A stretch of 64,000 nt of DNA from an uncultured Lachnospiraceae bacterium (GTDB lineage Bacteria; Bacillota; Clostridia; Lachnospirales; CAG-274): NCBI GenBank assembly GCA_964388305.1, contig CAYMAA010000001.1:884-64883 (forward strand). Direction: 5' to 3'. The notes below the pieces were generated by a model that saw only the letters and a list, made by a program, of their open reading frames with translations, did not search any database and had not been told where the DNA came from. Numbering within the stretch: the stretch's first letter is position 1; each line of letters starts with the position of its first letter. The position numbers were made by a program, and so were the translations under genes. Shown one piece after another: positions 19,832 to 29,697 of this stretch.

Positions 19832-20413
19832 TTAAAGCATATTTACTATGGTTTTTTCCAATTCTTCCAATGTTACATTTGTTGTGTCTATTATAACATT
19901 GGCATAAGGCTCAAGGCTTTTGGGATCCGGCTGATTTTTAAGGCGGTTTATTGCCTCTTGTTTTGTTATATTATCCCTTTTGGCAATGCGTTCTACACGC
20001 AGGTTATAGTCTGCATTCACAAGCCATACACTGTCCGCCGATTTATCAAGTCCCGCTTCAACCAAAAGGGGAGCGTCTATTACCGTTAAAGGCAGGTTTG
20101 CTTTTTTTGCGGCTTCAAGCCTGCGGTAAACCTCCTGCTTTATGTATTTGTGGGTAATTTCTTCCAATTCGGCAAGCCTTTGCCTGTTGTTGAAAACAAT
20201 ATTTGCCAAGGCACGGCGGTTTATGGTGTTGTTTGGGTTTAAAATTTCATTTCCAAATGTTTTTACCGTTTCCTGCCATGCAGGTGTATTTGGCTCCATA
20301 ATTTGGTGAGAAATTTTATCGCAGTCTATTATGTTTGCGTTATGCTTTTTGAGAATTTCGGCAACGGTGGATTTTCCTGCACCGCTGCCGCCCATTAGTC
20401 CTATAATTTTCAT
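19832..20413 (-). CDS. coaE: dephospho-CoA kinase
   Basis: P-loop GLMGGSGAGKST. 193 aa, immediately downstream of polA. Confidence 0.9.
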   Translation of the reverse strand: MKIIGLMGGSGAGKSTVAEILKKHNANIIDCDKISHQIMEPNTPAWQETVKTFGNEILNPNNTINRRALANIVFNNRQRLAELEEITHKYIKQEVYRRLEAAKKANLPLTVIDAPLLVEAGLDKSADSVWLVNADYNLRVERIAKRDNITKQEAINRLKNQPDPKSLEPYANVIIDTTNVTLEELEKTIVNML

Positions 20414-23077
20414 TTATTTTACCTCATACCAGTTTTTGCCGTTATGAACATCTACATTTAAAGGAACAAGGAGCTTTACGCAGTTTTCCATTTCTTCTTT
20501 TAGCATTTTATTTATATATTGCACCTCGCTGACGTGAGCCTCTATTAAAAGCTCATCATGCACCTGAAGCACCAAACGGGATTTTAACCCCTCTTTTTTA
20601 ATTCTCTGCCAAATTTTTATCATTGCGATTTTTATTATATCCGCAGATGTACCCTGTACGGGGGCATTCATTGCAACACGCTCTCCAAAAGAACGCAGGT
20701 TGAAGTTTGATGATGAAAGCTCGGGTATGGGGCGGATACGGTTAAACATTGTTTTGGAAAAGCCGTTTGCTTTTGCAAATTCCACGGAATTATCCAAAAA
20801 TTCCTTTACCTTGGGATAGCGTGCAAAGTAGCTGTCTATATAAGACTGAGCCTCCTTACGGCTTATGTGCAGATCCTGACTTAATGAAAAAGCGCTTATG
20901 CCGTAAACTATGCCAAAGTTGACTGCTTTTGCATTGGAACGCAGCGCAGGGGTCACTTCATCAAGAGGCACACCGAATGCCTGAGATGCGGTTATTTTGT
21001 GAATATCCTCTCCGTGGTTGAAAGCGGCTATAAGGTTTTCGTCATTGGCAAGATGGGCAAGCACACGCAGCTCTATTTGGGAGTAGTCCCCGTCGGCAAA
21101 AACATAATCCTCGGAGGACGGCACAAAAGCCTTACGCAGCCTATGCCCAAGCTCTAACCTTATGGGTATGTTTTGCAGGTTTGGCTCTGTAGAGCTTATG
21201 CGGCCCGTTGCGGTAATTGTTTGGTTAAAGGTTGAATGAATTTTGCCTGTTTTTGGGTTAAGGGCAGCCAAAAGACCCTCGCAGTAGGTAGACTTTAGCT
21301 TTGCGTATGTGCGGTAGGTTAAAATTTTATCCACAATTTCGTCCTGCGAACGGAGCTTTTCAAGCACCTCAGCAGAGGTAGACCAGCCTGTTTTTGTTTT
21401 TTTGCCGCCTTTAAGTCCTAATTTTTCAAAAAGAATTACGCTTAACTGTTTTGGAGAGTTTATGTTAAATTCCTCTCCCGCAAGCCAATATATTTCCGTT
21501 ACAAGCTGTTTGAGCTTTTCGTCCAGCTGCCTGCCAAATGCTTCAAGCTCCTGCTTGTCTACACGCATACCCGTAAGCTCCATATCTGCCAAAACATATA
21601 TTAAAGGCAGCTCCACATTGTAATACAGGTCTTTTTGTCCGCTTTTTTCAAGCTCTTCGTTTAAAACGCTTACAGTTTTTTCTATTACCCAAACAAAATC
21701 GGCAAAAAGATTTGAAAGTTTTTCCTTTTCCAAATTATAAAAAGGAATATGAGCCTTGCCCTTGCCTGTTATCTGCTCTATTGACGGGAATATTTTATTT
21801 ATATAATGTGCGGAAATTTTGTCAAAATCGTAAGATGAGTCTGTTGGACTTAAAAGATAAGCGGCAAGCATTGTATCAAAGGAAATATTTTTAAGGCTTA
21901 TGCCAAGCTTGCTTAACAAAACAATGTCCGACTTTCCATCATAGGTTATTTTTTGGTTTTCACCCTCAAAGTACGGCTTAAAAACCTCCGCAAATTCATC
22001 TTGCGTAAATGTTCCCCCAAGCAGGCTTATTTCCGTATCAGTTAAAACAACGGTTATTTCTTCCGAAAATGTTGAAAATGCACAGCCGCAAACAGTGTTA
22101 TTTTCCGCAATTAGCTTATAGGCGGTTTTTTGAGGAAGAGAGGCGGCAAATTTTTCCGCATCGGCTTTTTCCGTTATAATTTTTATGTTTAGCTTTTCGG
22201 CTTGTGAGGGCCGGGTTTTAAAACGGCTTAAAAGGCTGTTAAACTCATTATACGCAAAGGCTTCCGCCGCCCTTTGGTTAAACATATCGTGAATTTTAAG
22301 CTCATTAATATCCGCATTAAGGGGTACATTTGTATTTATTGTAACCAAAAACCTGCTTAAAAGAGCCTGCTCCTGAAACTCTTTAAGGTTTTTGGCGGCT
22401 TTTGCAGGCTTAATATTTTCGGCGTTTTCTATGGCTTTTTCCACCGTTTTATATTGCTGTATAATTTTTATGGCGGTTTTTTCACCTATGGAGGGAACAC
22501 CGGGAACATTGTCCGATGAATCGCCCATAAGCGCCTTTACTTCTATAAACTCTGCGGGGGTTACTCCGTATTTTTCAAAAACATCTTTGGCAAAGTAGTT
22601 TTCCACCTCTGTGCCAAAGCTTTTTGTTTTTGGAATTTTTATTTGGGTTTTTTCCGTTGCAATCTGGAGAAGGTCACGATCTCCCGAAATTATAACGGGG
22701 TACAAGCCAAAATCCTCGCCTTTACGGGCAAGAGTGCCTAAAATATCGTCCGCCTCATAGCCTTCCTTTTCAAACACTGTAATATTCATTGCGGATAAAA
22801 TTTCTTTAAGAAGGGGTATTTGGGGGCGAAGCTCCTCGGGCATGGGTTTACGGGTGCCTTTGTAGGCAGAGTAGGTTTTATGGCGAAAGGTAGGCGCATG
22901 AAGGTCAAAGGCTACGGCTATGTGGGTTGGGTTTTCCTCCTGCATAAATTTAAAAAGCATTGTAAAAAAGCCGTATACACCGTTGGTATAGTCCCCATGT
23001 TTATTTGTTAAGGCAGGCAGTGCGTAAAATGCTCTGTTAATAATACTGTTTCCGTCTATTAAAAATAATTTGTCCAT
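20414..23077 (-). CDS. polA: DNA polymerase I
   Basis: 887 aa with a 5'-nuclease N-domain and polymerase motifs (DYSQIELRVLAH, QVHDEL). Confidence 0.95.
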   Translation of the reverse strand: MDKLFLIDGNSIINRAFYALPALTNKHGDYTNGVYGFFTMLFKFMQEENPTHIAVAFDLHAPTFRHKTYSAYKGTRKPMPEELRPQIPLLKEILSAMNITVFEKEGYEADDILGTLARKGEDFGLYPVIISGDRDLLQIATEKTQIKIPKTKSFGTEVENYFAKDVFEKYGVTPAEFIEVKALMGDSSDNVPGVPSIGEKTAIKIIQQYKTVEKAIENAENIKPAKAAKNLKEFQEQALLSRFLVTINTNVPLNADINELKIHDMFNQRAAEAFAYNEFNSLLSRFKTRPSQAEKLNIKIITEKADAEKFAASLPQKTAYKLIAENNTVCGCAFSTFSEEITVVLTDTEISLLGGTFTQDEFAEVFKPYFEGENQKITYDGKSDIVLLSKLGISLKNISFDTMLAAYLLSPTDSSYDFDKISAHYINKIFPSIEQITGKGKAHIPFYNLEKEKLSNLFADFVWVIEKTVSVLNEELEKSGQKDLYYNVELPLIYVLADMELTGMRVDKQELEAFGRQLDEKLKQLVTEIYWLAGEEFNINSPKQLSVILFEKLGLKGGKKTKTGWSTSAEVLEKLRSQDEIVDKILTYRTYAKLKSTYCEGLLAALNPKTGKIHSTFNQTITATGRISSTEPNLQNIPIRLELGHRLRKAFVPSSEDYVFADGDYSQIELRVLAHLANDENLIAAFNHGEDIHKITASQAFGVPLDEVTPALRSNAKAVNFGIVYGISAFSLSQDLHISRKEAQSYIDSYFARYPKVKEFLDNSVEFAKANGFSKTMFNRIRPIPELSSSNFNLRSFGERVAMNAPVQGTSADIIKIAMIKIWQRIKKEGLKSRLVLQVHDELLIEAHVSEVQYINKMLKEEMENCVKLLVPLNVDVHNGKNWYEVK

Positions 23078-23079
23078 AG

Positions 23080-23538
23080 TCAGTCCTCTTTTTGGGAAAA
23101 TTTTACAAGCTCAATACTGCTTTGAGCAAGCATTTGAGCGCTTAATTCATCGGGGTAAACCTCTTTGGCATATATTTTTGTTATGCCTGCGTTTATTATT
23201 TGTTTAAGGCACATAACGCAGGGAGAGGCGGTTACATACATAACTGCGCCCTTGCATGAAACACCGTTTACGGCACATTGTGTTATGGCATTGTTTTCCG
23301 CATGAACTGCCCTGCAAAGCTCGTGCCGCTGACCGCTTGGCACGCCCAGCTCCTTACGCAGGCAGGTGCCTATGTCACAGCAATTCGGCAAACCTTTGGG
23401 TGCGCCGTTATAGCCTGTTGCAAGCACCTGATGGTCTTTTACAATTACCGCACCCACCTTGCGGCGCAGACATGTGGAACGGCGGCTTGCCAAAGAAGCC
23501 ATTTCCATAAAATATTCGTCCCAGCTTATTCTTTCCAT
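23080..23538 (-). CDS. deoxycytidylate (dCMP) deaminase, ComEB-like
   Basis: Zinc motifs HAENNAI and PCVMCLKQI. 152 aa. Confidence 0.85.
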   Translation of the reverse strand: MERISWDEYFMEMASLASRRSTCLRRKVGAVIVKDHQVLATGYNGAPKGLPNCCDIGTCLRKELGVPSGQRHELCRAVHAENNAITQCAVNGVSCKGAVMYVTASPCVMCLKQIINAGITKIYAKEVYPDELSAQMLAQSSIELVKFSQKED

Positions 23539-23574
23539 AAAGATACCCCCTATACTTTAAACCGCAGGCAAGGT

Positions 23575-23895
23575 TTATGCTGTTACGCCTGTAATAACCT
23601 TTGCGATCAATTTTTTATTCTTGTTAAGGTCTTTTATAAGTGAAATATATTTTTCCGCAGATATGCCTATATTGTTGCAGAGAATATCGTAGACCTTGTT
23701 GTTGTAAACGTAAACATAGTGGCATTTATACTCACTGCCGCAGCCTATGCCCTTAAAGTTTGCAACAAAAATTGTGTCGTTTTCGCATTGCAAACAGAGA
23801 ATTTCGCCATCGGGGAAAGCGTATGAAAGCGCCATAGCGTACTCGCTGCAATCCATGCCTTTTTTTGCGTGGCTGCAATAGCTTTCAATATCCAA
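23575..23895 (-). CDS. hypothetical Cys-rich 106-aa protein
   Basis: The ORF overlaps the 3' end of the upstream methyltransferase gene by 11 nt. I recognise no confident family. It has a Cys...His...Asp spacing (DCSEYAMAL ... CHYVYVYNNKVYD). Confidence 0.5.
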   Translation of the reverse strand: MDIESYCSHAKKGMDCSEYAMALSYAFPDGEILCLQCENDTIFVANFKGIGCGSEYKCHYVYVYNNKVYDILCNNIGISAEKYISLIKDLNKNKKLIAKVITGVTA

Positions 23896-24679
23896 TGGTA
23901 TCCGCCTCCAGTCGTTGTCTTACCGTTTCATATATTAATATTCCGCAGGCAACGGAAGCATTAAGAGATTCCGCACCGCCTGCTATGGGTATTTTTACAA
24001 GAATATCCGCCGCCGAGGCGGTTTCTTCCGTTAAGCCGTTTGCCTCGTTGCCTATAAGTATGGCTGTAGGCTTTTTTAAATTTACGGCATAAGGAGTGAC
24101 GCCGCCCTTTAAGTGCGCCGCAAGGGTTTGTATGCCGCTTTGCTTAAGCTTTTTGATTATTTGTTTTAATTCTGCGTTTGTAAATATCGGCAGATTAAAA
24201 ACCGAACCCATTGCGCTGCGGAGGACTTTGGGGTTAAAAATATCCGCACAGCCTTGCGAGAGAATTATTCCGCTTGCCCCTGCGGCATCTGCGGTGCGTA
24301 TTATTGTTCCTAAATTGCCCGGGTCGCTAACGCACTCGCAAGCTATTATAAGCTGAGGTTTTTTTGAAAGCACATCATTAAAAGAACAGGAAAATTTTTC
24401 ACATATACACATAACCCCCTGTGGGGATACTGTGTCGGAAATGCTTTTAAACAGCTTTTGAGAAAAAATATATACGGGGAAACCCTGTGTATTAAAGCCG
24501 TTAATGAACTCCTGCGAAGCATTTTCCGAAAAAATGCAGTATTTTTTATTAATTGTTTTTGGAATACTTTTAACGAGTCTTTCGCCCTCGGCAAAAAACA
24601 AGTTGGTTTTATCTCGTGTATGCTTTGTTTTTAAAGCCTTAACCTCTTTATATATTTTATTTGATGAGCTTTCAATCAT
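23885..24679 (-). CDS. TrmH/SpoU-family RNA 2'-O-methyltransferase
   Basis: SpoU motifs NLGTIIRTADAAG, LIGNEANGL and SLNASVACGILIYE. Confidence 0.85.
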   Translation of the reverse strand: MIESSSNKIYKEVKALKTKHTRDKTNLFFAEGERLVKSIPKTINKKYCIFSENASQEFINGFNTQGFPVYIFSQKLFKSISDTVSPQGVMCICEKFSCSFNDVLSKKPQLIIACECVSDPGNLGTIIRTADAAGASGIILSQGCADIFNPKVLRSAMGSVFNLPIFTNAELKQIIKKLKQSGIQTLAAHLKGGVTPYAVNLKKPTAILIGNEANGLTEETASAADILVKIPIAGGAESLNASVACGILIYETVRQRLEADTIGY

Positions 24680-24877
24680 TTTTTCACCTTACTTAAAAAT
24701 TTCGATATATTAATAATTATACCACATTATGGGTTTTGTGTAAAATAATTTTTAAAAAATACAGCTTTGCCTTTAAGGATAAATTGACGCTGTGCTTTCA
24801 TCAGCTTTTTTCTTTAAAAAATCACCGATCAATCAGTCATCGGCATCTGTCCGGTAAAATTTGTTTAAGCGTATTAA

Positions 24878-25666
24878 TCACTGTTTCTTCAAAAATTGCC
24901 TTCCCTCGTGATCCATATAATAATCTCCCCTTAAAATCAGCTCGCTTACAGGTACCGGCTCCAATCCCTTTTTCCGCAGGCCCTTAATAATCTCCTCCAA
25001 GCACTCCGGTGTAAATTTGGCATCATTATGAAACAAAATAATAGAACCGCTCCCCAAATGCTTATGCTCCAATACCTGCTTCACTTCATTTTCCGCCCCC
25101 AAATTTTTCCAGTCAAGACTGTCCACGTCCCATTGTATGGGAAAATATCCGCACTCCTTTGCGGCATCTAAAACCGTATCGTTATATTCGCCGTAGGGCG
25201 GTCTGTAAAGCTCCATATCAATCCCCAAAAGCTCCTTAACCTTTTTATGTACAGCCATAATTTCCTCCTTGTTATTGTTAAGACTTATTTGACTGCCGTG
25301 AGGGTGTGTGTCGGAGTGATTGCCTATTTCGTTTCCCGCCTCATAAATTTTTCGCACCTCATCCGGATATTTGTCCACCCAGTATCCGCATAAAAAGAAT
25401 GTTGCCCTTACATTGTTCCGTTTTAGAATTTCAATAAGCTCGTCTGTGTCATCGGCGCCCCATGCCGCATCAAAGCTTATGGCAATTTTGTTGTCCTGCC
25501 TGTCTACACAATAAATGGGCAGCTTCCTTTTTGCGGCCGCTGCAGCCGCCGTTGAGGTATTGCCCAAATAAACATATCCAAGCATACCTGCCGCAAAAAC
25601 CGCTCCTAACACAATTGCATATAAAACACTGTATTTCCTGTTTTTAGATGACATTTTTTTAATCAT
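24878..25666 (-). CDS. polysaccharide deacetylase (NodB-type, PdaB/YlxY-like)
   Basis: N-terminal TM segment. Motifs ISFDAAWGADDT, RATFFLCG, GNHSDTHPH. The ATG at 25666 lies after AAGGTGG. Confidence 0.8.
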   Translation of the reverse strand: MIKKMSSKNRKYSVLYAIVLGAVFAAGMLGYVYLGNTSTAAAAAAKRKLPIYCVDRQDNKIAISFDAAWGADDTDELIEILKRNNVRATFFLCGYWVDKYPDEVRKIYEAGNEIGNHSDTHPHGSQISLNNNKEEIMAVHKKVKELLGIDMELYRPPYGEYNDTVLDAAKECGYFPIQWDVDSLDWKNLGAENEVKQVLEHKHLGSGSIILFHNDAKFTPECLEEIIKGLRKKGLEPVPVSELILRGDYYMDHEGRQFLKKQ

Positions 25667-25896
25667 AAAAACCACCTTTTTTATTTAATAATATTCCCCA
25701 CAGTCCTCATATATTTCATAAATAAAAAAATCCTCCGCGGTTTTTGCGAGCATCGGTTTTCCGAAGAGAGTCTTTAGACTGTCGAAAATTTTTATATACC
25801 GAATGTGCTGTTTGCCTGTGAAAATCCGTATGCAAAAACGGGCAATATATAACATTTTCATTATTAATTTTTTGGCGAAAATGAATTTTTAAGTGC

Positions 25897-25925
25897 TTGA
25901 CAGAGTTATATTATTTGGTTATAAT
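25897..25925 (+). promoter_or_regulatory. sigma-A-type promoter of the pheST leader
   Basis: TTGACA (25897-25902), a 17-nt spacer, then TATAAT (25920-25925). Confidence 0.6.
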
Positions 25926-25931
25926 AATTAC

Positions 25932-26180
25932 AATCTTAAAAATAAAAGCAGGGAATGCGAGAGTAGTTTGAAGGAGTCTTAAAAGAGAGATGGCGCAGTT
26001 GGCTGAAAGCGCCGTTTAAGGGTCGCAAATGAAGTTCACGCAGGAGCTTATATTCTGAAATATTTTAGAGTAGGAGTATACGTTTTGCCCGCGTTAAGGG
26101 CATAAAGTGCAGGCATATATGCCTGAAATTGGGTGGTACCGCGGTTTACTTCGTCCCTTGTTGGGCGGAGTTGTTTTTTT
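25932..26180 (+). promoter_or_regulatory. T-box leader, Phe specifier (UUC)
   Basis: AGAGAG and the distal-loop block lie at 25981-26013. The specifier UUC is at 26035-26037, followed by A. The T-box AAUUGGGUGGUACCGCGG starts near 26127. A terminator stem with two G-U pairs is followed by UUGUUUUUUU, ending at 26180. Confidence 0.9.
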
Positions 26181-26217
26181 GTGTAAAATTTTATTATTAT
26201 AAGAAAGGAAAAGTTTT

Positions 26218-27243
26218 ATGAAAGACAAATTGTTAGAGGTTAAGGCAAAAGCTGCCGAAAGCCTTAAATCCGTTTCGGATTTAAAGCAGCTTGAGGACAT
26301 AAGAGTTAAGCTTTTGGGCAAAAAGGGCGAGTTGACGGCGCTTATGAAAGGTATGGGAAAGCTCTCTAAAGAAGAAAGACCCGTTATAGGTCAGCTTGCG
26401 AATGAAGTGCGAAGCGCCATTGAAGCGGAAATCAGCCATGCAAGAGCTCATCTTGAAAAGGCTGCCATAGAGGGGAAGCTAAAGCTTGAAAAAATAGACG
26501 TCACATTGCCTGCGGATGCTAAAAAACTGGGGCACAGGCACCCAATGAATATTGTTATTGAGGATATTAAGAGAATTTTTATAGGTATGGGCTATGAAAT
26601 TGCGGAAGGGCCTGAAATTGAGGATGCCTACTACAACTTTACGGCGCTTAATATTCCCAAAAACCATACCGCAAGAGATGAACAGGACACATTTTACGTT
26701 GAGGGACTGGGAGAGTTTTTGTTAAGAACTCAAACCTCGCCAATGCAGGTAAGAGTAATGGAAAACAAAAAGCCGCCTATCAGAATAATCGCTCCGGGCA
26801 GAGTTTACAGAGCTGATGAGGTAGACGCTACTCATTCCCCCATATTTCACCAATTAGAGGGTCTTGTTATAGATAAAGGCATTACAATGGGAGATCTTAA
26901 AGGAGCTTTGGAGGTATTTGCAAAGCAGCTTTTTGGGGAGGATACAAAGGTAAGGTTCCGTCCACATCATTTTCCTTTTACAGAGCCTTCCGCAGAGATG
27001 GACGCCACCTGCTTCGGCTGCGGCGGCAAGGGCTGCAGAATTTGTAAGGACAGCGGTTGGATAGAAATGCTCGGGTGCGGTATGGTACACCCCAAGGTTT
27101 TGGAAAGATGCGGTATTGACCCTAAGGTTTACAGCGGTTTTGCTTTCGGTATGGGTCTTGAGAGAGTTACCATGCAAAAATACGGCATTAACGATTTAAG
27201 GCTTTTGTTTGAAAATGACAGCGAGTTTTTAAAGCAGTTCTGA
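26218..27243 (+). CDS. pheS: phenylalanyl-tRNA synthetase alpha subunit
   Basis: 341 aa with class II motifs ([27 protein letters not shown]). Confidence 0.95.
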   Translation: MKDKLLEVKAKAAESLKSVSDLKQLEDIRVKLLGKKGELTALMKGMGKLSKEERPVIGQLANEVRSAIEAEISHARAHLEKAAIEGKLKLEKIDVTLPADAKKLGHRHPMNIVIEDIKRIFIGMGYEIAEGPEIEDAYYNFTALNIPKNHTARDEQDTFYVEGLGEFLLRTQTSPMQVRVMENKKPPIRIIAPGRVYRADEVDATHSPIFHQLEGLVIDKGITMGDLKGALEVFAKQLFGEDTKVRFRPHHFPFTEPSAEMDATCFGCGGKGCRICKDSGWIEMLGCGMVHPKVLERCGIDPKVYSGFAFGMGLERVTMQKYGINDLRLLFENDSEFLKQF

Positions 27244-27261
27244 TAAGGAGGTATTTGGACT

Positions 27262-29673
27262 ATGGATTTACCTATTAGCTGGTTAAAGGAATATGTGGAT
27301 TTGGATTGCGACGTGCAGACCTTTATGGATAAAATGACCATGGCAGGGCAAAAGGTTGAGGGTATTGCGGCAAATGTTTGCAATGATGCCAAGGCTATTA
27401 AAAACTGTGTTGTGGGAAGAATTGAAAAAATAGAAAAGCACCCCGATGCGGATAAGCTTGTGGTTTGTTCCGTAAATGTGGGCAAGGAAGAAAATATACA
27501 GATAGTAACGGGAGCGCCAAACGTATATGAGGGAGCTGTAGTGCCTGTTGCTTTGGACGGAGCTGTTTTGGCAGGAGGAGTTAAAATTAAAAAAAGCAAG
27601 CTGAGAGGCGTTTACTCCAACGGTATGCTTTGTTCTGTTGAGGAGCTTGGCTTTACATTGCACGACTTTCCCGATGCGCCCGAAAACGGAATATACATTT
27701 TTAAGGGAGAAGAGCCTGAGTTGGGTGCAGACGTAAAAGAGGTTATGCAGCTTACGGATGATGTTATAGAATTTGAAATAACAAACAACAGACCGGACTG
27801 CTACTCCGTATTGGGTCTTGCGAGAGAGGCGGCAGCGGCATTTAGAAAGCCTTTTAAATACCCCGAAATTAACGTAAAAGCACAGGGTGAGGGAAATTCA
27901 TCGGACTATGTTAGCGTAGAAATTAAAAACCCCGAGCTTTGTCCACGTTATATCGGCAGAGTTGTTAAAAATGTTAAGGTGGAGCCATCTCCCTTATGGT
28001 TAAGGCACAGGCTTACTGCGGCAGGTGTAAGACCTATTAATAATATAGTAGACATTACCAACTATGTTATGCTGGAGTTTGGTCAGCCAATGCACGCTTT
28101 TGATATTGACACCATTGATGAGGGAAAAATTATTGTAAGAAACGCAGAGGACGGAGAAAGGTTTACTACTCTTGACGGTCAGGACAGGGTTTTGGACTCT
28201 TCCATGCTTGTAATTGCAGACCCTAACAAGGCTGTTGCCATTGCAGGTATTATGGGCGGCGAAAACTCAAAGGTTTCTCCAAATGCCGCCGCAATTTTGT
28301 TTGAGTCCGCCAATTTTAACGGCCCGAATATAAGAATTTCCGCCAAAAAGCTTGGTATGAGAACAGACGCTTCCGCAAAATACGAAAAGGGACTTGACCC
28401 CAATGTGGCTTATGAGGCTGTAAACAGAGCCGTTCAGCTTGTGGAAATGCTTGGCTGCGGAGAGGTTGTGCCGGGCATGGCAGACTGCTATCCCAACAAA
28501 AGAGAAAGCCGGGAGGTAGAATATTCCACAGAGGGCATTAACAGGCTTATAGGCTTTGATTTATCCGAGAAGGAAATGATTGATTTGCTAAAGCTTGTTG
28601 AGGTTGAGGCAGACGGCAAAAAGGCTAAAATACCTACATTCCGTCCGGATTTGGTTAGCGAGGCCGACCTTGCCGAGGAGGTTGCGCGTTTTTACGGTTA
28701 CGATAAAATAAAAACAACCCTTGCCTCAGGCACTCCTACCTGCGGAAAGAAGAGCGCCACACAGATTATTGATGATAAAATTGCGGAGGTAATGGTTGCG
28801 GCAGGTCTTTGCGAGGCAATGACATTCAGCTTTGAAAGCCCTAAGGTGTTTGATAAGCTGGGAATTTCCGAGGACAGCAATTTAAGAAAAACCGTTAGGG
28901 TTACAAATCCCTTGGGTGCGGATTTCAGCATTATGCGTACTCAAACTGTGAACGCAATGCTTAACAGCTTAACAACTAATTATAACAGAAGAAATGCCGC
29001 TTGCGGTCTGTTTGAAACAGGTAGGGTTTATTTGCCTGAAGAAGTGCCTATGAAAAAGCTGCCTGATGAAGTTCCTACCCTTACTGTCGGTATGTACGGC
29101 GGCGATGTAAACTTTTTTACGGTAAAGGGTATTTTAGGAGAGCTTTTTGATGCGCTTGGCTTTGGCGAAAAGGTTTATTATATGCCGGAGGAAAATATAC
29201 CTTTTATGCACCCGGGAAGAACCGCAAGGGTTTATTGCGGCAATGAGGAGCTTGGATATTTGGGGGAGGTTCACCCCGCAACCCTTAAAAATTATTCTAT
29301 AGGCACAAAGGCTTATATTGCGGTTGTTAATATAAGAAAGCTGTATGAGCTTACCACATTTGACAGACAGTTTAAGCCTCTGCCAAAGTACCCTGCAACT
29401 GAAAGAGATATTTCCATGCTTGTTAAAGATGATGTTACCGCAGGAGCTATTGAGAATTGTATTAAAAAGAACGGCGGAAAGCATCTTGCAAGTGTAAATC
29501 TGTTTGATGTTTATAAGGGAGAACAGATTGGAAAGGACAGCAAGTCCATGGCATACAGCATTAAATTCCGTTCACCGGACAGAACCCTTACAGATGATGA
29601 CATAAGCAAGCCTATGGAGAAAATATTAAAAGCGCTTAAAGAAGAGCTTGGCGCAGACCTGAGAGATAAATAA
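27262..29673 (+). CDS. pheT: phenylalanyl-tRNA synthetase beta subunit
   Basis: 803 aa with a tRNA-binding N-domain, B3/4, B5 and FDX-ACB layout, directly after pheS. Confidence 0.95.
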   Translation: MDLPISWLKEYVDLDCDVQTFMDKMTMAGQKVEGIAANVCNDAKAIKNCVVGRIEKIEKHPDADKLVVCSVNVGKEENIQIVTGAPNVYEGAVVPVALDGAVLAGGVKIKKSKLRGVYSNGMLCSVEELGFTLHDFPDAPENGIYIFKGEEPELGADVKEVMQLTDDVIEFEITNNRPDCYSVLGLAREAAAAFRKPFKYPEINVKAQGEGNSSDYVSVEIKNPELCPRYIGRVVKNVKVEPSPLWLRHRLTAAGVRPINNIVDITNYVMLEFGQPMHAFDIDTIDEGKIIVRNAEDGERFTTLDGQDRVLDSSMLVIADPNKAVAIAGIMGGENSKVSPNAAAILFESANFNGPNIRISAKKLGMRTDASAKYEKGLDPNVAYEAVNRAVQLVEMLGCGEVVPGMADCYPNKRESREVEYSTEGINRLIGFDLSEKEMIDLLKLVEVEADGKKAKIPTFRPDLVSEADLAEEVARFYGYDKIKTTLASGTPTCGKKSATQIIDDKIAEVMVAAGLCEAMTFSFESPKVFDKLGISEDSNLRKTVRVTNPLGADFSIMRTQTVNAMLNSLTTNYNRRNAACGLFETGRVYLPEEVPMKKLPDEVPTLTVGMYGGDVNFFTVKGILGELFDALGFGEKVYYMPEENIPFMHPGRTARVYCGNEELGYLGEVHPATLKNYSIGTKAYIAVVNIRKLYELTTFDRQFKPLPKYPATERDISMLVKDDVTAGAIENCIKKNGGKHLASVNLFDVYKGEQIGKDSKSMAYSIKFRSPDRTLTDDDISKPMEKILKALKEELGADLRDK

Positions 29674-29697
29674 TTTAGCGGATTGGGGGAGTTATTT

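Noticed and set aside
26094-26321. 75-aa minus-strand ORF.
   Set aside because: It overlaps the 3' part of the Phe T-box and the 5' end of pheS, so it is an antisense artefact.
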